Source: Candidatus Latescibacterota bacterium
GTDB lineage: Bacteria > Latescibacterota > UBA2968
NCBI GenBank assembly: GCA_965207885.1
Contig: OZ242311.1
Location: 1,856,001-1,920,000 of the forward strand
Direction: 5' to 3'
DNA length: 64,000 nt
This document shows positions 39,252-48,105 of the stretch, one piece after another. How positions within the stretch are numbered: position 1 is the stretch's first letter; every line of letters starts with the position of its first letter. The position numbers and the translations under genes were made by a program. The notes under the pieces were generated by a model that did not search any database, was not told the DNA's origin, and was given only the letters and a program-made list of their open reading frames with translations.

Positions 39252-39281
39252 AAAAAACCACGCCTGAAGGACGTGGTTTTT
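39252..39281. terminator. Fourth copy of the terminator hairpin (right boundary of the accessory region)
   Basis: AAAAAACCACG-CCTGAAGGA-CGTGGTTTTT, just downstream of the E1-beta stop. Confidence 0.8.
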
Positions 39282-39314
39282 ATTTCGTCTAAATATGATC
39301 TTTGGAGTTACTTC

Positions 39315-40274
39315 CTAACCGGCATCCATCACTTCCCTAACACCTGCAATAATATTATCTCGGTCAGGAAAAACGTGATCTTCTAATTGAGGCGTGTACG
39401 GGATGGGCACATGGAGAGCGCAGACGCGTTTGACAGACGCTTTCATCTTTGCAAAAGTCTCTGCATCTTCGGTCGCCACGGCGGCTATCTCGGCGGAGGC
39501 ACCCGCTGTGGGACCCGCCTCATCGGCAATGACCAGCCGCCCGGTCTTTTGCACAGACGCGCGAATAGCATCGCAATCGAGCGGAACCAATGTGCGTGGA
39601 TCCAGCACCTCGACGGAAACACCCTCTTTGTCCAGCACCTCCGCAGCCGCCAGCGCTTCGTGTACCAGCCAGGCCAGCGCGACAATCGTGACATCTGCAC
39701 CCTCGCGTTTAATATCCGCTTTGCCCAGAGGCAGGGCATAAGGCTCTTCGGGAACCTCGCCTGCAAAATCCATCAGGCGATTGGACTCAAAAGAAATAAC
39801 GGGATTATCATCCCGAATAACGGTCTTGAGAAGCCCCTTCATATCATAAGGCGTCGAAGGCAAAATCATCTTCAATCCCGCCAGATTCATAAACATCGAA
39901 TACGGACTCTGCGAGTGCTGCGCCGCAACCCTCCTGCCGCCACCGACCGACGTGCGGAAAGTAATCGGAAATTTCACCTGCCCCCCGAACATATAGTGAA
40001 TCTTGGCTGCCTGATTCACAATCTGGTCCATCGCCACAAAAGAAAACGTAACCATACTCCAGTTGATAATCGGACGGAAACCAGACCCCGCAGCGCCAAC
40101 AGCGATACCTGTAAGCGCACCTTCGGCAATGGGCGTAGCGCGCACGCGCTCAGACCCAAACTCTTTGACGAGCGCATCGGGCGCATCGGTTGACAGATGA
40201 AACGTCGTTGGATCGCGCCTCATTTCTTCTACAAGGGCTTCCATCCCGGCCTGTGCATAAGAGATTTTTCTCAT
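39315..40274 (-). CDS. 2-oxoacid/acetoin dehydrogenase E1 beta subunit
   Basis: TPIAE, AMDQIVNQAAK..YMFGGQ, AAQHSQ, DPRTLVPLD. Confidence 0.92.
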   Translation of the reverse strand: MRKISYAQAGMEALVEEMRRDPTTFHLSTDAPDALVKEFGSERVRATPIAEGALTGIAVGAAGSGFRPIINWSMVTFSFVAMDQIVNQAAKIHYMFGGQVKFPITFRTSVGGGRRVAAQHSQSPYSMFMNLAGLKMILPSTPYDMKGLLKTVIRDDNPVISFESNRLMDFAGEVPEEPYALPLGKADIKREGADVTIVALAWLVHEALAAAEVLDKEGVSVEVLDPRTLVPLDCDAIRASVQKTGRLVIADEAGPTAGASAEIAAVATEDAETFAKMKASVKRVCALHVPIPYTPQLEDHVFPDRDNIIAGVREVMDAG

Positions 40275-40289
40275 CGTATTATCCTCGAC

Positions 40290-41255
40290 TCACTCGGCAA
40301 AAACATCTTCGACAGCAGCTTCTAAATCTGGAAATGGACTCTCTTTGGAAAATTGGACCGCCTCCTCAATCTCCGCGAGAATTTCACCATCCATCTCTTG
40401 CCACGCCTCCTGGGTAATACAGTTCTGATCCATCAGACCCGCGACAAATCGCTCAATCGGATCTCTATTCTTCCATGCGCGGAGCTCGCTCTGCGGTCTT
40501 GGATCAGCTGCGCCAACCCTCTCCGTATGCCCCCGCCAGCGATAAGTCTTACACTCGATCAGCGAAGGACCCTCGCCCTTGCGCGCGCGGGCAACAGCCT
40601 CCTGAGCCGCGTCATAAACCGCCATCACATCATTCCCATCGACAACCACCCCCGGGATATCGTATCCCGCGGCACGCGCAGCAACATCGCTATGCGCCAG
40701 CGTACTCGCCGCCGGGGTGCTCGCCGCGTAAAGATTGTTCTCGCAAACATAGATCATAGGCAACTTCCACGCCGCAGCGATATTGATCGACTCGTGAAAC
40801 GGACCTGCATTTGACGCTCCATCGCCAAAAAACGAAACCGCAACGCGACCCTTGCCCTCGAGTTGCGCGGCCAGGCCAGCACCCGTAACAATCGGTATGC
40901 CACCTGCGACAATGCCATTAGCACCAAGCATCCCAATGCTAAAATCGGCAATATGCATCGACCCCCCTTTGCCCTTGCAATACCCCGTCTCCCGCCCATA
41001 AAGCTCAGCCATCATACGCTTCAAATCCGCGCCCTTGGCAATACAATGCCCGTGCCCCCGATGCGTACTGATAATCTGATCATCCGGATTGAGCGCGGCA
41101 CAGACACCCGTGGCAACGGCCTCCTCGCCGATATAGCAATGGACCACGCCGTAAATATCCCCCGCGCGATAATCATCAGACGCACGCTCTTCAAAGCGCC
41201 GGATCGTTTGCATAATCCGCAGCATCTCGAGTTGTTTCTCTTGTGTAAGAGCCAT
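40290..41255 (-). CDS. 2-oxoacid/acetoin dehydrogenase E1 alpha subunit
   Basis: STHRGHGH, GKGGSMH, FFGDGA..ENN, TYRWRGH; start MALTQ at 41255. Confidence 0.92.
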   Translation of the reverse strand: MALTQEKQLEMLRIMQTIRRFEERASDDYRAGDIYGVVHCYIGEEAVATGVCAALNPDDQIISTHRGHGHCIAKGADLKRMMAELYGRETGYCKGKGGSMHIADFSIGMLGANGIVAGGIPIVTGAGLAAQLEGKGRVAVSFFGDGASNAGPFHESINIAAAWKLPMIYVCENNLYAASTPAASTLAHSDVAARAAGYDIPGVVVDGNDVMAVYDAAQEAVARARKGEGPSLIECKTYRWRGHTERVGAADPRPQSELRAWKNRDPIERFVAGLMDQNCITQEAWQEMDGEILAEIEEAVQFSKESPFPDLEAAVEDVFAE

Positions 41256-41268
41256 AAGATAATCTCCA

Positions 41269-42999
41269 CTATGCTGGCCTATCACCCTTTTTAACCGGCG
41301 CTGTTCGGCTATCAACGCCCGGCAACATTTTTGACGGATCTCTCGTAACAATAACATCGATAATCGTAGGCATATCGCGATTGGCAATACCCTCGGCAAA
41401 AGCACCTTGCAATGCCCCGGGATCATCCACGCGAATACCCTGACAGCCAAGCGCACGGGCCGTATCGGCATAATCCGTCTCGCTCAAATCACTCGACTGA
41501 TAGCGCCCCGCATACATATTGTGCTGAAGCGCTTTGACATAACCCGAAGCCGCATTGTTCACAATCGCGAGCGTAAACCCAAGCTCAAGACGCCGGGCTG
41601 TCTCCAATTCACCGAGCACCATATTAAACCCCGCATCTCCCGTCAGACCAACAACGGGAGAATCACCCGCTGCGAGTTGCGCGCCCATTGTACCCGGCAA
41701 CCCATAACCGATAGAAGCAAATCCGCGGTTGGCAATATACGTGCGCCCAGACCGGGTCGAATCGTAAAGCAAACCAGTCCAATGCGCGGCAAAACCACCA
41801 TCCACAACCAGAATCCCGTCTTCGGGCATCGCGTTTTGCAACTCGCGCACCACCCGCGCCATATTGACGGGGCTCTCGTCAGAAGCATAACGCGGCTCCG
41901 CCTCGGCGCGCCAGACAGCCATCCGCTCTGAGACCTCGGCCAAATAGCCCACGCGCATCTCCTGTATCCCCACCCGGTCAGAGGACAAACACGCCTGAAG
42001 ATCGCGCAAACCCTCCGCCGCATCGCCCCAGAGTGAAACGGTAGCAGGCGTCGTGCGCCCGATTTCCTCAGCCACAATATCGAGATGAATAAAAGGCACA
42101 TCGCGCGGAATCAAATCATAGCGTTTCGTGGCAATCTCGCCCATCTTGCATCCAACAGACAGAATACAATCTGCAGACGCAATCAAATCATTGGCAATCC
42201 GCGACCAGCGCCCGAACAGCCCCACGCTGAGCGGATGAATACAGGGAATCGCACCCTTGCCACTCAGCGTTTGCGCAACTGGAATACTAAACGCCTCGGC
42301 AAAGCTCTGCAACTCGCAATACGCCCCGGAAAGATGGACACCGCCGCCAGCGAGAATAATCGGCCGCCGGGCATCGCGCAAACACGCCGCCGCGCGCGCA
42401 ACCGCATCTCGCCCCGGGCGTGAACGCTGTGCGGGAATACTCAGCGTTTCTGGATCCACAAAAAAATCCGCTCTGGGATAATCATACTCCCCATGGGCAA
42501 TATCCTCGGGAACATCCAGCACAACAGGTCCCGGCCGCCCGGACGTGGCAACAGCGTACGCGCGCCGCACAAGCTCGGGAATGCGATAGCCGCTCTCAAT
42601 CCGAATAAGCGCTTTAGCCGCTGGCGCCAGAATCTCCGTCTGACGCGCCTCCTGCGTCATATTCTTCCACGAATGCTCGCGATTGCTATTGCCCACAACA
42701 ACAATGAGCGGAACACCGGCATTCAGAGACTCCACCAGCCCCGTAACCAGATTCGTCGCCCCGGGACCCAGCGTACCATCGCATATACCGGGACGCCCAG
42801 TCACGCGCGCCCAGGCATCGGCGGCAAAAATACCACACCGCTCATCATTGATCAACGTATGCGAAAGCCCCAGTTCGCGCACCGCATCGTAAAAAGGTAG
42901 AAGCTGAAACCCCCCCATACCGAACATAGGCGCAGGATTGTGGAGGCGAAACATCTCGGCAAGAGCCTGCCCGCCATTCATGTGTACAACTGAAGACAT
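41269..42999 (-). CDS. Thiamine pyrophosphate-binding protein (acetolactate synthase-like)
   Basis: TLGPGATN, GRPGPVVLDVPED, GDAGF-X-VNN. Confidence 0.9.
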   Translation of the reverse strand: MSSVVHMNGGQALAEMFRLHNPAPMFGMGGFQLLPFYDAVRELGLSHTLINDERCGIFAADAWARVTGRPGICDGTLGPGATNLVTGLVESLNAGVPLIVVVGNSNREHSWKNMTQEARQTEILAPAAKALIRIESGYRIPELVRRAYAVATSGRPGPVVLDVPEDIAHGEYDYPRADFFVDPETLSIPAQRSRPGRDAVARAAACLRDARRPIILAGGGVHLSGAYCELQSFAEAFSIPVAQTLSGKGAIPCIHPLSVGLFGRWSRIANDLIASADCILSVGCKMGEIATKRYDLIPRDVPFIHLDIVAEEIGRTTPATVSLWGDAAEGLRDLQACLSSDRVGIQEMRVGYLAEVSERMAVWRAEAEPRYASDESPVNMARVVRELQNAMPEDGILVVDGGFAAHWTGLLYDSTRSGRTYIANRGFASIGYGLPGTMGAQLAAGDSPVVGLTGDAGFNMVLGELETARRLELGFTLAIVNNAASGYVKALQHNMYAGRYQSSDLSETDYADTARALGCQGIRVDDPGALQGAFAEGIANRDMPTIIDVIVTRDPSKMLPGVDSRTAPVKKGDRPA

Positions 43000-43025
43000 A
43001 AAAACTCCGTATCCAAATACATAAT

Positions 43026-43080
43026 GTAGGGGCGGTGCCCCCGTATAAAGGCACTACGGGGCAAGCTCCTGTGCCCGCCC
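43026..43080. repeat. GTAG-family REP interrupted by a nested hairpin
   Basis: GTAGGGGCGG-[TGCCCCCGTA..TACGGGGCA]-AGCTCCTGTGCCCGCCC. Confidence 0.6.
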
Positions 43081-43096
43081 GTTGGGTGGCGGGGTT

Positions 43097-43885
43097 TTAT
43101 ACCAGCCTCTCCCCAAACTCCGGAACCGTCATCCCCGCTTTAACACCGCATCTTTCCGCCTGTAAATTAACATGCGACAGAACACCGCTCTCCCATGCAG
43201 AAACCGCATCGCCAATACAAGCGGTCATAGCATCCACTGTCCCCGCGGGAATACCTGCGCGATCCAGAACCTCAAGACGCTGAACACCCGCCCGATCAAC
43301 ACCGACCCCCGCATCATTAAACACCGCGCCTCTCGCCTCTGCTGCAATACCATAATCGGGTCTGCCCGCAATCACTCCACCGTGCGATCCCGTAATAATA
43401 AACGCACCTGCATCCTCAGGCGTAACGAGCGATGCAGAATCACATGCAATCGTAAGCACAGGCACCTCTTGCAATACAGAGCGCGATTCCTCATAGTCCG
43501 GAACATCCCCTTCAAAGGGTATGCCATTACACAAAACTTCAGCCGCCTCTCGACAAGCCTGCCCCTCTTCACAGCCCAGCGCACGGGCTATCTCATTGCA
43601 AAAACTAATGCGCCCGCGCTTGAGCATATCTGCCCCATCTCCAATGCGCGCAGACGTATGTGCAATCGCAGCAGCCGCGAGTCCGAGACCTTGCAAATAA
43701 TCGAGCGACCCAATCCCCGCATTATCTTTCCCAACGCCTGCATCGTTAAAAATAACGCCCCGAAGACCTGCCAATGCTGCGAGATACCCACAATACCGCC
43801 CTCCATGGGAAGCGGCAACGAGAACCGTCCCCCGCAACTGCGAGCCGAGCTTTGTAATACTATCGGCAACCTGAACCGCGTCCAT
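43097..43885 (-). CDS. Conserved-looking hypothetical protein with internal duplication
   Basis: Two halves each with DS..., SHGG, FNDAGVG.D.AG, A.IGD, N..A...G...G; start at MDAVQ. Confidence 0.75.
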   Translation of the reverse strand: MDAVQVADSITKLGSQLRGTVLVAASHGGRYCGYLAALAGLRGVIFNDAGVGKDNAGIGSLDYLQGLGLAAAAIAHTSARIGDGADMLKRGRISFCNEIARALGCEEGQACREAAEVLCNGIPFEGDVPDYEESRSVLQEVPVLTIACDSASLVTPEDAGAFIITGSHGGVIAGRPDYGIAAEARGAVFNDAGVGVDRAGVQRLEVLDRAGIPAGTVDAMTACIGDAVSAWESGVLSHVNLQAERCGVKAGMTVPEFGERLV

Positions 43886-43956
43886 AATAGCCTCTGAGAG
43901 AATCAGATCAACGCCGTGCAATTTATGGACAGTTATCTGCAGAAACAAGGAAATTT

Positions 43957-45420
43957 CTATCTCGGTGGAGAATACGTCTTTGCCGGGATCGCCCGATAAA
44001 TCTCGAGCTTCTCTCGATCTAATCGTTCTCTAATTCCACTCAAGTGCGTCTCGATCAAATCTCGCCGCACAGATTCCAGATCGGGATCCTCAAACACATT
44101 ATTCAGTTCATAGGGATCATTTTGACAATCGTACATCTCAACCGGCTTCTCAGACACAGATTCAACCACCAGCTTGTATCGCCCATCAAAAACCATCGTA
44201 AACCCATCGACCTCACTAAACACAGCGTCTTTGCCCTTTTGCGCGCCATCGGCATCCGGACCTGCCAACACCTGAGACACAAACGAAACCCCATCGCTAT
44301 TCTCCAAAGACTCTGCCCCTGCAACATCTAAAATCGTAGCCGTGATATTCAGGCAATCCGTCAGTCCTTCAGACGTCCACCCCGCCTGTCCCCCCGCAGG
44401 ACGCACAACCAGAGGCACCCGTACAGCCATATCGTAAAACACGCCTTTGTGGCTCAATCGATGATCCCCAGCCATCTCACCGTGATCCGAACTGTAAATA
44501 ATCCAGGTATTGTCCAACATGCCCTTTGCCTCAAGAGCTTCGATAATACCCCCAATCGCATTGTCGATCAACGTAATCTTTGCATAATAATTGATAACCA
44601 GTTGTTTCTTTTCCTCTTCGGTCATCGTTTTGGCATCGCCAGCGCGAAAGAGCGACCGCACAATATATTTGGGATACGGTTCTCTGGGCAAATCCATAAT
44701 ACCCACAGGAATATCATCCATACTGTACATATCCCGATATTCCTGTGGCGAATCAAAGGGATTGTGCGGCCCTGGAAACAGCACCTGCAGATAGAACGGC
44801 TTGTCCCCATCGTAATCGCGCACCCATTCTGCGGCCGTACGCCCGGTATAACTGTCCAGATGGCTTTCAGAAGGCAATGGACAGGGCGGATCCTCCCACG
44901 CCCGTGCCCTGCCCTCTTCCAGGCGCGTCTTTGACCTGACCACATAATCTCGATGCGTCTCCCACAAACCCAATTCTTCGAGATAATCCGAATACTGCGA
45001 TTTGTTTACCCCCGATGCGTGTGGACCGTGCATCTCTTGAATATCTACAAACCCCCAATTTTCCAATATTGCCGTCTTTTCCTGACTTTTTGTTCCACCC
45101 GTGTGCGTATATAAGTGAGTCTTGCCCACCAGGGCAGTATGATAGCCCGCATCGCGCACATTTCGCACATGACTGGGACCGTGCTGATCGGCCTCAACAA
45201 CATTCTGCCAGACACCGTGTTCCCGCACGTACTGCCCCGTCATCATCGTCGCGCGCGCAGGCATACAAATCGGCCCATTGGTATAACACTGGCTAAACAC
45301 CACCCCCTCGGACCCCAGGCGATCCAGATGTGGTGTTTTGATCACTGGATGCCCGGCGCACCCCACCGCATCACCGCGATGCTGATCCGAATATATGAAA
45401 ACAATATTGGGTTTTGACAT
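43957..45420 (-). CDS. Sulfatase
   Basis: PNIVFIYSDQHR, CMPAR, GKTH, SDHGE. Confidence 0.92.
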   Translation of the reverse strand: MSKPNIVFIYSDQHRGDAVGCAGHPVIKTPHLDRLGSEGVVFSQCYTNGPICMPARATMMTGQYVREHGVWQNVVEADQHGPSHVRNVRDAGYHTALVGKTHLYTHTGGTKSQEKTAILENWGFVDIQEMHGPHASGVNKSQYSDYLEELGLWETHRDYVVRSKTRLEEGRARAWEDPPCPLPSESHLDSYTGRTAAEWVRDYDGDKPFYLQVLFPGPHNPFDSPQEYRDMYSMDDIPVGIMDLPREPYPKYIVRSLFRAGDAKTMTEEEKKQLVINYYAKITLIDNAIGGIIEALEAKGMLDNTWIIYSSDHGEMAGDHRLSHKGVFYDMAVRVPLVVRPAGGQAGWTSEGLTDCLNITATILDVAGAESLENSDGVSFVSQVLAGPDADGAQKGKDAVFSEVDGFTMVFDGRYKLVVESVSEKPVEMYDCQNDPYELNNVFEDPDLESVRRDLIETHLSGIRERLDREKLEIYRAIPAKTYSPPR

Positions 45421-45513
45421 ACACACCTCCAGTAAAGAACCCGGACAACTCTATCTTGCAATACTTCAATTTGTTCCTGTTGCTCTAAGGAAGATAATAC
45501 GCTATATTTTTCT

Positions 45514-45783
45514 ATGAAATTTTTAAATTGGAATCTTAATAAGAACAAGCAACTTCAAAAAGAACGCGGCATATCTTTTGAAGAAATAGCTCTTCTTATT
45601 GAAGCGGGCCACATTTTAGGTATTGAAACAAATCCAGGATATCCAAATCAGAAGATATATATACTCGAAATTAATCACTATGCAATTATAGTCCCATACG
45701 TTGAAACAGAAACAGAAATTTTTTTAAAAACAGCTTTTCCAAGTCGAAAATTTACCAAAAAATATGGACTAAAGGGGTCATAA
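45514..45783 (+). CDS. BrnT-like toxin
   Basis: WN..KN..L.KERGISFEEI, IFLKTAFPSRK. Confidence 0.8.
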   Translation: MKFLNWNLNKNKQLQKERGISFEEIALLIEAGHILGIETNPGYPNQKIYILEINHYAIIVPYVETETEIFLKTAFPSRKFTKKYGLKGS

Positions 45784-46073
45784 TGGACAAACAAAACAAA
45801 TTTCAACCATTAGATGATGAAGAAAAAGAACTCATGGCTTCAATTGAGTCCGACACATGGGAACCGGTTTCAAATTTTGACGAAGAAAAACAAAAAGCCA
45901 TTGAAGCAGCACGTCGTACATTAGAGAAAGACAAACACATTAACTTGCGTCTTTCTGAAAAAGATTATCACCAGATACAAATACGTGCTATGCAAGAAGG
46001 CGTGTCGTATCAAACACTTATCTCAAGCATCGTTCACAAATATCTCAATGGAACGCTTGTTCCCGAAAAATAA
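45783..46073 (+). CDS. CopG/RHH antitoxin
   Basis: INLRLSEKDY..IQ.RA..EGVSYQTLISS; coupled to the toxin. Confidence 0.82.
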   Translation: MDKQNKFQPLDDEEKELMASIESDTWEPVSNFDEEKQKAIEAARRTLEKDKHINLRLSEKDYHQIQIRAMQEGVSYQTLISSIVHKYLNGTLVPEK

Positions 46074-46090
46074 ATAATCAGAAAATTCGC

Positions 46091-46119
46091 TTGACAACAT
46101 TTTTGTATCCATATAGTTT
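46091..46119 (+). promoter_or_regulatory. sigma70 promoter for tRNA
   Basis: TTGACA-N17-TAGTTT. Confidence 0.55.
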
Positions 46120-46155
46120 CTGCTCATACCAAGCCGTGTGTTCTTTCAAATTTGT

Positions 46156-46232
46156 GGGCGATTAGCTCAGGTGGTTAGAGTGCTTGCTTGACATGCAAGA
46201 GGTCACTGGTTCAAGTCCAGTATCGCCCACCA
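46156..46232 (+). tRNA. trnV: tRNA-Val(GAC)
   Basis: GGGCGAT/ATCGCCC acceptor stem, TAGCTCAG D-arm, CTTGC-ttGACat-GCAAG anticodon arm, GGTTCAAGTCC, encoded CCA. Confidence 0.96.
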
Positions 46233-46235
46233 TTA

Positions 46236-46278
46236 AAAACAATGGGTTACGCAAATTTATGCGCAACCCATTGTTCTT
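46236..46278. terminator. Terminator after tRNA
   Basis: AACAATGGGTT.CGCA...TGCG.AACCCATTGTT. Confidence 0.65.
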
Positions 46279-46318
46279 TGGTGCCCATCTGAATGCAGTC
46301 TTTTGTGGTTGTAATGTG

Positions 46319-46888
46319 CTATAAAGAGTTCCTCGATTGTTGCCAATCTACATTTAAAAACGAAAACACCTCAACATCGAAAAACTCACCGGCTCTGAAA
46401 GTATGCTGCCTCAGTGTACCTTCTTTTGAAAAACCGACTTTTTCAAGGACACGCGTGGAACCATAATTCCTGGAAATCGACCTTGCTTCGATTCGATTCA
46501 ATTTGAGGTGTTCAAAACCGTATTCTATAATTGCAGCAACAGCATTTGTCATAATTCCGCAGCCCCAGTACTCTTTTGCGAGGTAGTAACCAATCTCGGC
46601 TCTTGAATGGATAGCGTCGAGATAAATATAGTGACATCGGCCAATGGCATGGTTATCCTCGGTTATAACCCAATAGATCGATTGTTTCTTTTCAAACTGT
46701 TCCATCATAAGTTCAATCCATGAGTGGACCTCTTCAAGCGTTTCTGCATGTAAGCTTGTAAATTGGGTTACCTCTTTATCAGACATAAAATGGTAGAGAG
46801 AGCGTGCGTCTTCGGGTTTTATTCCGCGCAGGTTATAAGATCCAATTGGGAAGGATGGGACTTTCGATGGAAATCGGTCTGTTTTCAT
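46319..46888 (-). CDS. GNAT acetyltransferase, RimJ/RimL family
   Basis: AEIGYYL..EYWGCGIM, LNRIEA, N.GS.RVLEKVGF..EG.LR. Confidence 0.9.
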   Translation of the reverse strand: MKTDRFPSKVPSFPIGSYNLRGIKPEDARSLYHFMSDKEVTQFTSLHAETLEEVHSWIELMMEQFEKKQSIYWVITEDNHAIGRCHYIYLDAIHSRAEIGYYLAKEYWGCGIMTNAVAAIIEYGFEHLKLNRIEARSISRNYGSTRVLEKVGFSKEGTLRQHTFRAGEFFDVEVFSFLNVDWQQSRNSL

Positions 46889-46958
46889 ATTCGAAGATGG
46901 TTTCGGTGATTGGCAGCACGCATAAATTCAGTAACAACAGGCAGATTGGGATCTGAAC

Positions 46959-47594
46959 ATGAAACGAATCGGTATTCTCGCCTACGGCTCTCTAATAGAC
47001 AATCCGGGTCCAGAACTTGGACCGAACACGGTTGCAAAAATCAAAGATGTCAATACGCCATTTATGGTTGAATTCGCCCGGAAAAGCCGAAGCCGCAATT
47101 ATGCACCCACTTTAGTTCCGGTCGCTGAGGGTGGTGCTTCTGTTAAAGGCGTTATCCTAATATTAAGAAACGGCATATCTGAAACTGAAGCTAAAAATAT
47201 GCTCTGGCGCCGGGAAACAAACTGTTTTGACACTCGAAAAATCTACCAACCCCATGCAAATCCCGGTGATAATAAGGTGTATGCAGAACCGCTGGAACAT
47301 TTCAAGGGCATCAATGTGGTTTATTACACCCGAATTGCCGCTAATATCCAGCCCTTGACACCAGCACACCTGGCAAAGCTGGCTATTCAAAGCGTCAGCT
47401 TAAAAAAGAAAGACCAGGAGCGAGATGGCATTAGCTACCTGATCAATGCAAAAGCAAACGGTATTCAAACGCCCCTCATGCCCGCATACGAACAGGAGAT
47501 TCTAAAGCGGATGAACGCAAAAAATCTCGAAGAAGCCCTGTCCTTGCAAATCAACCTGTTAAAAGAAAATGCTGCATCATCGAGAGCCAAATGA
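46959..47594 (+). CDS. Gamma-glutamylcyclotransferase/ChaC-like protein
   Basis: ILAYGSLI, APTLVP, LWRRE, GISYL. Confidence 0.6.
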   Translation: MKRIGILAYGSLIDNPGPELGPNTVAKIKDVNTPFMVEFARKSRSRNYAPTLVPVAEGGASVKGVILILRNGISETEAKNMLWRRETNCFDTRKIYQPHANPGDNKVYAEPLEHFKGINVVYYTRIAANIQPLTPAHLAKLAIQSVSLKKKDQERDGISYLINAKANGIQTPLMPAYEQEILKRMNAKNLEEALSLQINLLKENAASSRAK

Positions 47595-47663
47595 GAGCAC
47601 GAGGAAGATCAGTGTTTAAAAACATCGCACTTACCTTCTAAGATGATAAGGAAAAAAGACAAC

Positions 47664-47942
47664 ATGCGCGACGATAAAAAAATTCCAAAATTCGACAGCT
47701 ACGAAGAAATGGCAGCGTTTTGGGATACACATAGTCTTGCCGACTATTGGGAACAGACGGAGCCTGTTGATTTCGATTTCGCGCCAGAAGCACGGCGGCA
47801 ATACCTGATAAGGGTTGACCGTGAGGTATTAGCGCGTGTGCAACGTCTTGCTCGAACACGGGGTGTAAGTATTGAGAGCCTGGTTAATTTGCTCCTTGAA
47901 CAACGCCTCCTGGAGATTGAGAACTCAACCTCAAACGTGTAA
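47664..47942 (+). CDS. Orphan CopG/BrnA-type antitoxin
   Basis: IPKFDSYEEMAAFWDTHSLADY, RHH C-terminus; only a toxin-tail remnant (DDKEKRQHARR*) upstream. Confidence 0.8.
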   Translation: MRDDKKIPKFDSYEEMAAFWDTHSLADYWEQTEPVDFDFAPEARRQYLIRVDREVLARVQRLARTRGVSIESLVNLLLEQRLLEIENSTSNV

Positions 47943-47994
47943 CATATATCAAACACCTCAAGAAGCCACTCCTAAAATTCGGAGCGGCTTTTTT

Positions 47995-48105
47995 GTCTTG
48001 TAGTCATTGGTTCACAAAGCTACATTTATTTGGATTTCTCAACCGTTCTATACGTTCGCTTGTTGTTCGGCTTAAAATGAAGATAACAGGAGCATCACAT
48101 ATGGC
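47995..48105 (+). repeat. 111-bp promoter/leader/RBS module, copy 1
   Basis: Near-identical to 51183-51293; TTGTAG-N17-TACATT, AGGAG, ATGGC. Confidence 0.88.

Noticed and set aside
19441-39281. Integron attC array or CRISPR
   Set aside because: The hairpin has the form of an intrinsic terminator, lacks attC R-box ends, spacing is kilobases, and there is no intI or cas gene.
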